Source of the DNA: Squalus acanthias
Lineage: Eukaryota
DNA length: 64,000 nucleotides
Assembly (NCBI GenBank): GCA_030390025.1
Contig: CM059432.1
Span: forward strand, 27,158,001-27,222,000
Direction of reading: 5' to 3'
This document shows, one piece after another, positions 12,289-25,267 of the stretch (positions are counted from its first letter, which is position 1; every line of letters starts with the position of its first letter). A model generated the notes under the pieces. That model searched no databases. It saw only the letters and a list, made by a program, of their open reading frames with translations, and was not told where the DNA came from. Both the position numbers and the translations under genes were made by a program.

Positions 12289-12661
12289 AGGTTGAAGGGT
12301 GACCACATTGAGATATTTAAAACGATTAAGGGATTCAATAGGGTAGATATAGAGAAACTATTTCCTCTGGTGAAACTATTTCTTCTAATCTTAAAATTAG
12401 AACCAGGCCATTTTGCAGTGAAATCAGGAAGCAATTTTTCAGAGAGTGTAGTGGAAATTTGGAACTTTCTCCGCCATCGGCTGTGGATGTTGGGACAACT
12501 GAAATCTTCAAGAGTGAGATCGATAGATTTTTGTTAGGTAAGGGTATCAAGGGATATGGAGCAAAGGCAGGTAAATGGAGTTGAGGTACAGATCAGCCAT
12601 GGCCTAATAGAATGGCAGAACAGGCTTGAGGAGCTGAATGGCCTATTCCTGTTCCTATGTT
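12289..12661 (+). mobile_element. CR1 3' fragment
   Basis: RLKGD.IE.FK, VVEIWN and 3'UTR; TSD actaatatg at 12280 and 12662. Confidence 0.8.
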
Positions 12662-13820
12662 ACTAATATGCCATTGTGATCTAATGCCCACCTAACAGTC
12701 CCCTGTTGCCTCCTAATATCCCCCTCTACTTTTTGCCTCGTATATCTCTTTCTCTCTCATTCCCTAATATTCCCCTTCGCCTCTCTGCTTAATATCTCTT
12801 TGCGGCTCACTAACAGCTCCTTTACTGCAATTTTTACTGTGCTCCTCTTGCCTCACATAATCGGTTGAACTTATATTCCACACATGCAACTTTATGAAGA
12901 TCATTCTGAATTTGGTGCATTGAACCCCTCAGCGAGGACAACATGAGGGTGGAGGGGGGAGGCAGTGGACTATTGGGTGACTTGGAGGAGTGAGGGCCAA
13001 AAGAATCAGCTGGCACTATGGAAAGGTCGGGGAGCGGGGAGCCAGAAAGGTCGTATGAGCATCTCAGAACTATGAGCCAAAAGGTTCAAGAATGGGGCGG
13101 TGAGTGGAACTTGGACAAAAGGGAGACAAACGGCCAAGGAATGGAGAGTGCGCAAAGGCACTGATTTGCCAATGGGGTCTGAATGGCTGTAAGTGAGGGC
13201 AATACAATGCAGAAAACAGGATGAAGGTGGGATAAAGTTATTTTTAAAACAAAGGAAAAATAAAGATCTATTAAAAACATTTAAAAATAAAAATAAAGAT
13301 ATAAATAAATTTATGGTTCAACAGAAACCAGTGTGGTATTGGAGCTAGAAGACAAAGGTGAGACATTTTTGCTCCACAATGGCCAAAGCATGGAACTGAG
13401 GGTGAACTCAAGCCAAACGTTTTAATAGAGAATTGGACAGTCACAGACTTTTGTGACTGAAAAACATCATAAAGGGCTGAGTGCTTTCATTGAAAAAATT
13501 GTCAGCAACATTTAAATGCAGAACATGCAATTAAAAATAGATTAGGATGTGGGCACAATATACATTCCATAAGGGATGTTGACAGGTGACAGGATAAATA
13601 TCACATGTTTAATCTGTCTACACTATTAAAGGCTATGACTGGAGGGAAAGGCAGTTCAAAAGCTGACCCAAATTAAAGAACAATTGAACGTAATCCATGC
13701 GCTAAGATCCTCCAACCATCACTAGATAAATACTGGGAAGACCAACACAAGAGTTTGATCCTGCAACTCTTGTTCATCTTCCTAAGAGGAGATGGAAAGT
13801 TTGCCAATTACTGAAATAAA

Positions 13821-14690
13821 GGCCCTGATATTTACTGGGGTGTGATTTCCAAGGACAGAGTTCTGGTCGGAATGAGGTGGAGTTTTAACTCCATGGCATA
13901 CTTGTTTTTCTTTAACAGGTTCTCAGCCTGGAAGCCAGCCTGATTGACATGCATGGCTGCCTGTCGGGCTGGGAAAACTGCAGAAGAGGCCGCAGCCCCG
14001 GAGCAGGTAGATTTCTTGCTGCTCGGGTTAGAGATCACGAGGGGGTGGGTGGGTACAGCATGGTTTGGAGGGTCGGGGGGTGATAGTGGGGGGTCGGAGA
14101 TAGATCGAGAGCAGAGATGGGGGGGGTCGGGGAGAGATCGGAGGGAGAGATGGGGGTCAGAGTATGATTGGAGGGAGAGATGGGGGTCGGAGTGAGATCG
14201 GAGGAAGCTTTGTGTGTCAGAGAATGATTAGTGGGAGAGATGGGGGGTTGGAGAGAGATCGGGGGTTCGGAGAGAGATTGGAGGGAGAGATTGGGGGTTG
14301 GAGGGAGAGATGGGGGGATCGGAGAATGATTGGAGGGAGAGAGGGGGGGCCGGGGCAGAGTCGGTGATCACAGGGAGGTTGGTGATCGGGGGGGTGGGTG
14401 GGGGATCGGTGACTGCAGTGGTGGGGATCTGATTGCTGGGGAGGTATACAGATTTGCTATGGGGCTGGGAGGGAGCACTCCTGCTCCTCCTGACCCACAA
14501 GCAGTGCTGGAAAAGCACTTACCTGTTCCATGCAGCAGTCCTTGCATCCCTTTAGCTTGGGAAATCCGGCTGGCCAGCGTTAAGCCTGAAACACAGATAA
14601 AATCTTAGGCACGCAACCTCATTAAAATATTTAAATGCGTGATTCACATCCTGGTTTAACATCCCACCTGACCAAACACACCCGTTTTTG
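13821..14690. mobile_element. Probable Harbinger-type MITE with G-rich low-complexity core
   Basis: ggccctgatattt start resembles other TIRs here; ggagagatcggggg-type repeats at 14040-14430; right end not identified. Confidence 0.4.
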
Positions 14691-14757
14691 GGGGTTGTGT
14701 CAGCTAGTTGCTCAGTTGGTAGCACCCTCACCTCTGAGTCATGAAGGTTGTGGGTTC

Positions 14758-15619
14758 ATAAGAACACAAGAAATAGGAGCAGGAGTAGGCCATTTGGCCC
14801 TTTGAGCCTGCTCCGCCATTCAATAAGATCATGGCTGATCTTCTACCTCATCTCCACTTTCCTGCACTATCCCCATATCCCTTGATTCCCTTAATATTCA
14901 AAAATCTATCGATCTCTATCTTGAATATACTCAATGACTGAGCCTCCACAGCCCTCTGGGGTAGAGAATTCCAAAGATTCACCACCGTCTGAGTGAAGAA
15001 ATTTCTCCTGATCTCAGTCCTAAATGGCTTATCCTTTATTCTGAGACTGTGACCCCTGGTTCTGGACTCTCCAGCCAGGGGAAACATCCTCCCTGCATCT
15101 ACCCTGTCAAGCCCTGTAAGAATTTTGTGTGTTTCAATGAGATCATCTCTCATTCTTTTAAACTCTAGAGAATATAAGCCTAGTCTACTCAATCTGTCCT
15201 CATAGGACAATCCTCCCATCCCAGGAACCAGTCTGGTGAACCTTTGTTGCACTCCCTCTATGGCAAGTATATCCTTCCTTAGGTAAGGAGACCAAAACTG
15301 TACACAATACTCCAGGTGTGGTCTCACCAGGGCCCTGATATAATTGCAGTAAGACGTCTTTACTCATACTCAAATCCTCTTGCAATAAAGGCCAACATAC
15401 CATTTGCTTTCCTAATTGCTTGCTGTACCTGCATGTTAACTTTCAGTGATTTGTGTACAAGGACACCCAGGTCCCTCTGAACACCAACATTTCCCAATCT
15501 CTCACCATTTAAAAAATACTCTGCTTTTCTATTTTTCCTACCAAAGTGAATAACTTCACATTTCTCCACATTATATTCCATTTGCCATGTTTTTGCCCAC
15601 TCACTTAGCCTGTCTATAT
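14758..15619 (-). mobile_element. CR1 3' fragment
   Basis: RPHLEYCVQFWSP..RRMR.DLIE..VVNLWNSLP; tail at left. Confidence 0.9.
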
Positions 15620-15790
15620 CCCACTCCAGAGACTTGAGCACAAAAATAAAGGCTGACACTCCAGTGCAGTACTGAGGGAGTGCTGCACTGTCGGAGGTAC
15701 CATCTTTCGGATGAGACGTTAAACCGAGGAGCCAGCTGCTCTCTCAGGTGGATGTAAAAGATCCCATGGTACTATTTCGAAGAAGAGCAA

Positions 15791-16103
15791 CACGGTGGCA
15801 TAGTGGTTAGCACTGTTGCCTCACAGCGCCAGGGACCCGGGTTCGAATCCGGCCTCAGGTGACTATCTGTGTGGAGTTTGCACATTCTCCCCGTGTCTGC
15901 GTGGGTTTCCTCCGGGTGCTCCGGTTTCCTCCCACAGTCCAAAGATGTGCGGGTTAGGTTGATTTGGCTATGATAAATTGACCCTTAGTGTTAGGGGGGA
16001 TTAAATACGTGGGGTTATGGGGATAGGGTGGGATATGTGTCGGTGCAGGCTCGATGGGCTGAAATGGCCTCTATCTGCACTGTGGGGATTCTGTGATTCT
16101 GTG
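15791..16103 (+). mobile_element. V-SINE (HE1-like)
   Basis: tRNA head, V-domain ctgtgtggagtttgcacattctccccgtgtctgcgtgggtttcctccgggtgctccggtttcctccc, CR1-like tail. Confidence 0.85.
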
Positions 16104-16879
16104 AAGAGGAGGGGAGTTAGCCCCGGTGTCCCAACCAATATTTATCCCTCAATCAACATCACTATAAAAAAAATTATCTGATCATTGTCACATTGCTGTT
16201 TGTGGGAGCTTGCTGTGCGCAAATTGGCTGCCACGTTTCCTACATTACAACAGTGACTACACTTCAAAAAATACTTCATTGTCTGTAAAGTGCTTTGGGA
16301 CGTCCACTGATCGTGAAAGGCCCTATATAAATGCAAGACTTTCTTTTTTTTAAACCCCCCCCAAAAGATACAGAAGATAACTACAATGGGAAGTCTAGAG
16401 GGGACACTTTTCAGAAATTCAGTAAGATAAACTTGAGTTTACTAACACTTGTGACAGCACGAACATATGTAGGTATGAAATCATCAGCAAAGTTTACAAT
16501 ATTATTACAAGTTCCCTAGTTCATAACATTGTATGTATAAACTACCTGAATACCTTGACCTAACCTAACCCTAACTGTATAACTCACATCTCTGCCCTCA
16601 GTCTCCTCTCCACAGAGTTCTACCTGAGATTGGACACTCATCTTTTCAGGGGGTAATCCCGGACATGAAACCCATGCCCTACTATTCCCTACCGTGTGGC
16701 TCAGCGGACTAACTAGGTGATGCTCTTTGTTTTAGTGCATCTTCTTGCTGTAATCATTGGCTTACCGCCGGCAATCCTTGGAAAATATTTTTTGAGCTGT
16801 TACGTGAAACTAATGCAGATTGAAAAAGCCGATAAAATACTCTTCAGTGCCAGGATGAATCAAATCGCTTACACTCTAT

Positions 16880-16994
16880 GGCCTAGAAATCTGTCTTGGG
16901 CGGTCCACAAAACGGGCAGTCAGTGGAACTGAATATCTGGCGCTGGGTATTACGGGCGGCCGATCCATCACCGCCCGAGATGAATTTCTAGGCT
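16880..16994. mobile_element. 115-bp Harbinger-type mini-MITE
   Basis: ggcctagaaat..atttctaggct termini, TSD TAT. Confidence 0.65.
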
Positions 16995-19304
16995 TATGTC
17001 TGCTGTTTATCTTTCACCCACTAGCTCCAAGATCAGGGATTATCCACAGATTCAGTAGTTCCAGCTGGAAGCTGTAATTTGTTGCTTGTCCAGCTGTTAA
17101 AGCTGGCGGTGAATCTTGCAGCAAGATTGTTTGCATTACTCGTCCTCTATTCACCTCAAAGCACTGAGATTGCTCCTCTACAAACATTCCTGGCCAACAA
17201 CAGTCACATAGCACTCTTCGTTTGAGTTTGATAAGGACATTCCTACCATAGTTTTGATTTACAGGCCTGTTGAACAGGATTGGTTACCCCACCCCAACCC
17301 ACCACCCCTGCCGGCACTGTTCCAATACCTTAAATGGACATGAAATTCTGGGATTCATTTAAATGATAGTGTGTGACCTAGTAGTTACTGATAATTTTGT
17401 GGGTCAGCTCTAAATACAGTTGTAGTGTTGCTGCAGAAGCCATTGTTCGGACCTCATCTGCATTACGGTGTAGAGTTCTGATCACCTACTCTTAGGAAGC
17501 ATGTTATTGCTCTTGAAAGGACATAAAATCAAGCACTGAAGATGATTCCAGGTATCTACAATTTCTGTTAAGAGGAAATGTTAAGAAAGTTGACCTGAAG
17601 TAATTTGTTTGAAATTTTTACGGTTAGGAAGAGATATAATAAAAATGTATCTTTCACGATCCCCTCTGACCTTCCTCTCTCCGACCCTGAATGATTAGCC
17701 CTCAGCAAAGGCCTCATCCTCACCCCCTTATGCTCCAACCTCAATGAATTTTGAGCTTGGCATGATGCTGAGCTCTTCTTCCGTCGCCTTCGCCTCTGCG
17801 CCCACTTCTTTGGCCAGGAGTCTTGCCCCTGCACAGCGGACCCTTTCTCCAGTCTTCAGAATTCTCGTTACACCTGGACCCCTCCCTCTGGCCTCTTACC
17901 CTCTCTAAATCTTTTCATTGGGAATTGCCAGTGTGACATCGGCCTGTCTCAAATTTTCTACTCCCCTCGCTCACTCTAACCTACCTCCTTCTGAACTTGC
18001 AGCACTCCATTCTCTCAGGTACAACCCTGACATTGTTATTGTTTGGCGAACAGGCCTCTACCTTACGGAGGCTGAACGTCAAATCTCCGACACCTCCTCC
18101 TACCTCCCCCTGAACCATGACCCCACTACCGAACATCAAGCCATCTTTTCCCAGTCCATCACTGACCTCATCTCCTCTGGAGTTCTTCCCCCCACGGCCT
18201 CCAACCTCATATTCCCCCAACCCCGCATAGCCCACTTCTACCTCCTTCGCAAGATTTACAAACAGGACTGCCATGGTAGACCCATTGTTTCAGCCTGTTC
18301 TTGGACCATGGAACTTATTTCTTCCTATCTCAACTCTATTTTTTCTGCCCTTGTCCAATCTCTTCCCACCTACATCCGCGATCCTTCCGACTCCCTCCGT
18401 CATTATAACAGTTTCCAGTTTCCTGGCCCCAACCATCTCCTTTTCACCATGGACTTCCAGTCCCTCGACACCTCCATTCCCCAACAGGAGGGCCTGCAGG
18501 CCCTCTGCTTCTTCCTTGAAATAAGGCCCAACCAGTCCCCATCCACCACTGCCCGCCTCCGCCTGGCTGAACATGTTCTTACATTAACAACTTTTCCATT
18601 GACTCCACTCACTTTCTCCAAATAAAAGGTGTTGCTATGGGAACCCATATGGTTCCTAACTATGCCTGCCTTTTTGTGGAACATACTTTGTCCCAGTACT
18701 ACACAGGCCCCCCTCCCTTACCTCTTTTTCCGATAGATTGATGACTAATTGGTGCTGCTTCCTGCTCTCGCTCCGAACTGGAAAATGTCATCATCTTTGC
18801 TACCAATTTCCATCCCTCCCTCGCCTTCACATGGTCCAGCTCCAACTCATCCCTTCTCTTCCTCGACTTTCCTATCTCTATTTCTGGAGATAGGCTATCG
18901 ACCAATATCCACTATAAGCCCACTGACTCACACAGCTACCTTGATTACACTTTCTGTAAGGACTCTATGATCTCATTGAATGGCGGAGCAGGCTCGAGGG
19001 GCCGATTGGTCTACTCCTGCTCCTATTTCTTATGTTCTTATGTTCTATTCTTTTCTCCCTGTTTCTCCTTCTCCGTCACATTTGTTCTGACAATGCCACC
19101 TTCCACACTAGTACTTCCGACATGTCTTCCCTTTTCCTCAACCAAGGGCCCTCGAACATGTCCGTCCCATTTCCCGTACTTCTGCTCTTGCCCCTTCCCC
19201 TCACTCCCAGAATCACGATAGGGTTTCCCTTGTCCTCACCTTCCACCCCAACAGCCTTCAAATTCAACAGATGACCCTTTGCTATTTCTGCCACCTCCAG
19301 CATG

Positions 19305-21231
19305 AGACCGGGAAATTAATGGTGGGAAATATGGAGATGGCAAATACACTGAATCAATATTTTGTATCAGTCTTTACAGTAGAGGACACTAAGAATATCC
19401 CAACACTGGACAAACAGATAGCTATGGGGGGGGGGGGGAGGAGCTAAACACGATCAAATTCACTAAGGAAGTGGTACTCGGTAAAATAATGGGACTCAAG
19501 GCGGATAAATCACCTGGACCTAATGGCTTACATCCTAGGGTCTTGAGGGAAGTGGCGGTAGGGATTATGGATGCATTGGTAATAATTTTCCAAAACTCCC
19601 TGGACTCAGCAAAGATCCCAGCAGACTGGAAAACTGCTAATGTAACACCCTTATTTAAAAAGGGCAGTAGACAGAAGGCTGGAAACTATAGACCAGTTAG
19701 CCTAATATCTGTGGTAGGTACAATTTTGGAGTCCATTATTAAGGAGACAGTAACGGGACATTTGGATAATCATAATTTAATAGGACAAAGTCAGCATGGT
19801 TTTATGAAGGGGAAGTCATGTTTGACAAATTTGCTGGAGTTCTTTGAGGAAGTAACACACAGGGTGGATAAAGGGGAACCAGTGGATGTGGTGTATTTAG
19901 ACTTCCAAAAGGCATTTGACAAGGTGCCACACAAAAGATTATTGCTTAAGATAAAAAAATCACAGGATTGGGGGTAATATTCTGGCATGGATAGAGGCTT
20001 GGCTATCTAACAGAATGCAGAGAGTTGGGATAAATGGTTCATTCTCAGATTGGCAATCAGTAACTAGTGGTGTTCCGCAGGGGTCAGTGCTGGGTCCCCA
20101 ACTCTTTACAATCTATATTAACGATTTGGAGGAGGGGACCGAGTGTAACATATCAAAGTTTGCAGATGATACTAAGATGGGAGGGAAAGTAGTGAGTGAG
20201 GAGGACATAAAAAATCTGCAAGGGGACATAGACAGGCTAAGCAAGTGGGCAGAGATTTGGCAGATGGAATACAATACTGGAAAGTGTGAGGTTATGCACT
20301 TTGGCAGGAAAAATAGTAGAGCAAGTTATTATCTTAATGGCAAGAAATTGGAAAGTACTGAAGTACAAAGGGATCCGGGGGTCCTGGTGCACGAAACTCA
20401 AAAGGTTAGTATGCAGGTGCAGCAAGTGATTAAGAAGGCCAATGGAATGTTGGCTTTCATTGCTAGGGGGATAGAATATAAAAATAGGGAGGTATTGCTT
20501 CAGTTGTACAAGGTATTGGTGAGACCGCACCTGGAATACTGCATACAGTTTTGGTGTCCATACTTAAGAAAAGACATACTTGCTCTCGAGTCAGTACAAA
20601 GAAGGTTCACTCGGTTAATCCCGGGGATGAGGGGATGGACATATGAGGAGAGGTTGGGTAGATTGGGACTCTACTCATTGGAGTTCAGAAGAATGAGAGG
20701 CGATCTTATTAAAACACATAAGATTGTGAAGGGGTTGGATCGGGTGGATGCGGGGAGGATGTTCCCGATGATGGGTGAAACTAGAACTAGGGGGCATAGT
20801 CTTAGAATAAGGGGCTGCTCTTTCAAAACTGAGATGAGAAGGAACTACTTCACTCAGAGGGTGGTAGGTCCATGGAATATGCTGCCCCAAAAAGCTGTAG
20901 AAGCTACATCATTACATAAATTTAAAACAGAAATAGACAGTTTCCTAGAAGTAAAGGGAATTAAGGGTTATGGGAAGCGGGCAGGAATTTGGACATGAGT
21001 CTAGGTTCGGATCGGTCATGGCCCTGTGGGTAGCGTAGCGGGCCCAGGGGCCGTGTAGCCTAATCCTGCTCCTATTTCGTGTGTCCAATTCTGTTAGGTT
21101 CAGGAGATGGTTCTGTGATAGTAGATTGGCGGTTAGGATCAGATCAGCCATGATCTTATTGAATGGCGGAGCAGGCTCGAGGGGCCGATTGGCCTACTCC
21201 TGCTCCTATTTCTTATGTTCTTATGTTCTTA
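19305..21231 (+). mobile_element. CR1, 5'-truncated, frameshifted
   Basis: RT ORFs 19471-19977 and 20015-20998; near-identical to 60080-62003; double 3' stem-loop. Confidence 0.93.
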
Positions 21232-21292
21232 TGGTGCTACTGCCAAACACATCTTCCCCTCCTCTCACATTTCAGCATTCTGAAGGGACCGT

Positions 21293-22624
21293 TGTAAGAA
21301 ATTGTGAATTGTAAAATAACTAATGGTTTTATAAAAGAAATGGGTTTGCCCAGCTCAGCAGCTAGGTTAAGCTGATGGCACAGAAGAAACCAATCATGTC
21401 AGATAAGGAGTTGCACAAAGAGGTGAGGTCATTTACAAGGGCATAATGCAGAAACAGGCCTTCATGTAGGCATAGCTAGGCCTGATATGAGGTCGAGTAA
21501 GGAGCCTTATGATAAACAAACTGTCTAGGAGAAAGTGCAAGATGTCCAAACAAGAGATAAGCAGAGGGATGACCTCAAAAGTCTGAGAGGAGTTTGCCGT
21601 AGGTACTTATTCCTCTGCAATTGGACAATTGAACCTAACATCTGTCTGAGGCTGAACCACACTGTTCGCAAACTTGGTGTCATATTTGACCCTGAAATGA
21701 GCTTCCGACCACATATCTGCAGCAAAACAAAGACCGCCTACTTCCACCTCCATAACATCGCCCTTGCCTCAGCTCATCCGCTGCTGAAACCCTCATCCAT
21801 GCCTTTGTTACCTCTAGACTTGACTATTCCAACGCACTCCTGGCTGGCCTCCCACATTCCACCCTACGTAAACTTGAAGTCATCCAAAACTCGGCTGCCC
21901 GTGTCCTAACGCACAACAAGTCCCGTTTGCCCATCACCCCTGTGCTCGCTGACCTACATTGGCTCCTGGTTAAGCAGCGCCTCGATTTCAAAATTCTCAT
22001 CCTTGTTTTCAAATCCCTCCATGGCCTCGCCTCTCCCTATCTCTGTAATCTTCTTCAGCCCAACAACCCCCCGAGATACCTGCGCTCCTCTAATTCTGCC
22101 CTCTTGAGCATCCCTGATTATAATCGCTCAACCTTTGGTGGCCGTGCCTTCTGTTGCCTCGTCCCTAAGCTCTGGAATTCCCTGCCTAAACCTGTCCGCC
22201 TCGCTACCTCTCTTTCCTCCTTTAAGACGCTCCTTAAAACCTACCTCTTTGACCAAGCTTTTGGTCACCTGCCCTAATTTATCTTTGTGTGGCTCGGTGT
22301 CAAACTTTTTGTCTTAAAATACTCCTGTGCAGCGCCTTGGGACATTTTACTATGTTAAAGGCGCTATATAAATACAAGTTGTTGTTGTTGTTGTCCCAAT
22401 GCGCTTTACAGCCAGTGAAGCACTTTTGAAGTGTAGTCACTGTTGTAATCTAGGAAACGCGGCAGCCAATTTGCACTCAGCAAGGCCCCACAAACAGCAA
22501 TGTGTCTATCCTGATTGCGTGTTGTACTTAAACTATGTTTGAACTGCCGCTCCTTAATAAAATGACATATGACTCCGAAGACCCTTTGGGTAATCTGTGT
22601 GTGACCTGTGATCCAAATGTTACA
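21293..22624 (+). mobile_element. Solo LTR containing an L2 and a SINE fragment
   Basis: TGT..ACA ends, 4-bp TSD CCGT, aataaa near 22555. Confidence 0.8.
21636..22393 (+). mobile_element. L2 LINE 3' end
   Basis: LGVIFD, ITPVLADLHWL, RAF..PKLWNSLP, FKTLLKTYLF; (gtt)n tail. Confidence 0.9.
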
Positions 22625-22806
22625 CCGTTCCCTCCGCAGCAGTCTGGTCTACTCTCATTACCCCAACACCCACTACCCTTCCCACGGCACCTTCCTATAT
22701 AAGCACAAGAGATGCAACACCTGCCCTTTCACCTCCCATCATCCAGGGCCCCAAACACTCCTTCCAAGTGATGCAGTGATTTACTTGTACTTCTTTCAAT
22801 TTAGCA

Positions 22807-24208
22807 TACTGGAGCTCATGGACATCTTTGTCTCTAAGATTGAGCCCATCTGTTCAGCTGCCTCTGCTGCTTCCCTCCCTTCCCCTAGCCCATCGGGCCA
22901 AACTTTCTCTAAGGTTCCCCCTGCCCTAGCCCTGAACCTGCATCTTTCTCTGGTTTCTCTCCAATGTCCCCTCATGCCCTTTCCATCTTGTCTATGAAAC
23001 CCACCTCCTGCTCCCTCGATCCTAATCCCACTAAACTGCTGACCACCCAACTTCCCTTCCTGGTCACCATGCTAGGTGATATTGTTAACGGTTCCCTCTC
23101 CTGAGGTACTGTCCTCCACTCCTTCAAATCTGCTGTCATCACCACGCTCCTCAAAAAGCCAACCCTTGACCCCTCCATCCTTGCAAACTATCGCCCCATC
23201 TCCAACATCCCTTTCCTCTCCAAAGTCCTTGAACATGCTGTCGCCTCCCCAAATTCATGCCCATCTTTCCAGGAACTCCATGTTTGAATCCCCCCTGCCA
23301 AAATGGCTCTTATCAAAGTCACAAATTACATTCTATGTGACTGTGACCGTGGTAAGCTATCCCTCCTTGTCCTTCTTGACCTGTCAGCAGCTTTTGACAT
23401 GGTTGACCACACCATCCTACTCCAATGCCTCTTCACTTTCGTCCAGCTAGTTGGGACTGAACTCGCCTGGTTCCATTCTTATCTATCCAGTCATAGCCAG
23501 AGAATCACCTGTAATGGCTTCTCTTCCCACCCCCGCACCGTTACCTCTGGTGTCCCCCAAGGTTCTATCCTTGGCCCCTCCTACTTCTCATCTATGTGTT
23601 GCCCTTCGGCGAAATCTTTCGAAAACACTGCATCAGTTTCCACATGTACGCTGATGACACCTAACTCTACCTCACCACCACCTCTCTCTCTCTCGAGCCC
23701 GCCACTGTCTCTAAATTGTTAGGCTGCTTATCCGACATCCAGTTCTGAATGAGCAGAAATTTCCTCCAACTTAATATTGGGAAGACCGAAGCCATTGTTT
23801 TCGGTCCCCGCCACAAACTCTGTTCCCTAGCCATTGACTCCATCCCTCTCCCTGACAACTGTCTGAGGGTGAACCAGACTGTTCGCAACTTTGGTATCAT
23901 ATTTGACCCCGAGATGAGCTTCCGATCACATATCCGCGCCATCACTAAGGTTGTCCAATTCCACCTCCTTAACATCTCCCTACTCGGTTGCTGAAACCCT
24001 CATCCATGCCTTTGTTACCTCTAGACTTGACTATCCCAACGCACTCCTGGCTGGCCTTCCATGTTCCACCCTCCATAAACTTGAGGTCAACCAAAACTCT
24101 TCTGTCCTAACTCACACTAAGTCCCATTCAACCATCACCCCTGTGCTCGCTCCTGTGAAGTGCCTTGGGACGTTTAAAGGCGCTACATAAATACAAGTTG
24201 TTGTTGTT
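22807..24208 (+). mobile_element. L2 LINE RT fragment
   Basis: [38 protein letters not shown]. Confidence 0.88.
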
Positions 24209-24954
24209 TCTGTATTTGCTGCTCGCAATGTGGTTTCCTCTACACTGGGGAGACCAAACGCAGATTGGATGATTGCTTTGTTGAACACTTCCGCTCAGTC
24301 TGCAAGCATCACCCTGAACTTCCGGTCGCTTGCCATTTTAATTCTCACTCCCACTCTGGCCTCTCTGTCCTCGGCCTCCTACACTGTTCCAATGAAGCTC
24401 AACGGAAGCTCGAGGAACAGCACCTTATCTGTCAATTAGACGCTTTACAGCCTTCTGGACTCAACATTGCGTTCAACAATTTCAGATCATAACCACTCTC
24501 CCATTTTTTCCATACAGCAGGTGCTGATAATGGTTCTGCTGTTGTCATTTACACCTCTTCTAGACCCATTTTTTGTTTCTTTACGTGTCCCATTACCACC
24601 TCCTTTGCCATGCACCATTATCCCTTTTGTCATTTAATCGCTCCTGCCCTTCCGCCCTGTCACAGGCCTTCCCTTTTGTTCATTCCTCCTCTCCACTCTT
24701 TTCCCTGCCTCTGCAGTTGCTTAAATCCTGTTACATCTTTAACCTTTTCCAGTTCTGATGAAAGGTGATCGACCTGAAATGTTAACTCTGTTTCTCACTC
24801 CACAGATGCTGCCTGACCAGCTGAGTATTTCCAGCATTTTCTGTTTCTATTTCAGTTTTCCAGCATCCGCAGTATTTTGCTTTTGCTAAAAAGCTAGGTG
24901 CATTAATTATTGCTATGTGGCAAACGAAGCAGAAAGAAACATTAGAAAGAAAGA

Positions 24955-25260
24955 GGAAGAAAGATTTGGATTTATATCGCGTCTTTCATAACCTCAGGAT
25001 GTCCCACGGCACTTTACAACCAATCAAGTACATTTTGAAATGGAGTCACTGTTGCAACATAGGAAACATGGCAGCCAGTTTGTACAGAGCAAGGTCCCAC
25101 AAACAGCAATGAGATAATGACCAGATTAATGTGTTTGAGTTACGTTGGTTGAGGGATAAATATTGACCAGGATCTCCCCTGCTCTTCTTCGAATAGTGCC
25201 ATGGGATCATTTACGCCAACCTGAAAGGACCTTGGTTTAGCGTCTCATCCAAAAGATGAG
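24955..25260 (-). mobile_element. Deu-type SINE fragment
   Basis: Reverse complement of the body at 15700-16340. Confidence 0.65.
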
Positions 25261-25267
25261 ACTATAA

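Larger units (their letters stand above)
14697..16345 (+). mobile_element. tRNA-headed Deu-type SINE (SacSINE1-like) interrupted by CR1 and HE1 SINE
   Basis: A/B-box head at 14697-14757, gactccagtgcagtactgagggag-like body from 15620, L2-like tail gtgaaaggccctatataaatgcaag. Confidence 0.7.
17659..24885 (+). mobile_element. Decayed PLE (RT + GIY-YIG + tail) split by nested insertions
   Basis: GRPIVSAC, LFTMD..SL, G.AMGT in 17659-19304; pieces resume at 21232-21292, 22625-22806 and 24209-24885 (GIY-YIG, hammerhead tail). Confidence 0.85.

Noticed and set aside
14697..15850. tRNA-like sequences at 14697 and 15791 (also 45570)
   Set aside because: SINE heads followed by SINE bodies, not tRNA genes
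16555..16580. cctaacc telomere-like repeats
   Set aside because: Only 2-3 imperfect units
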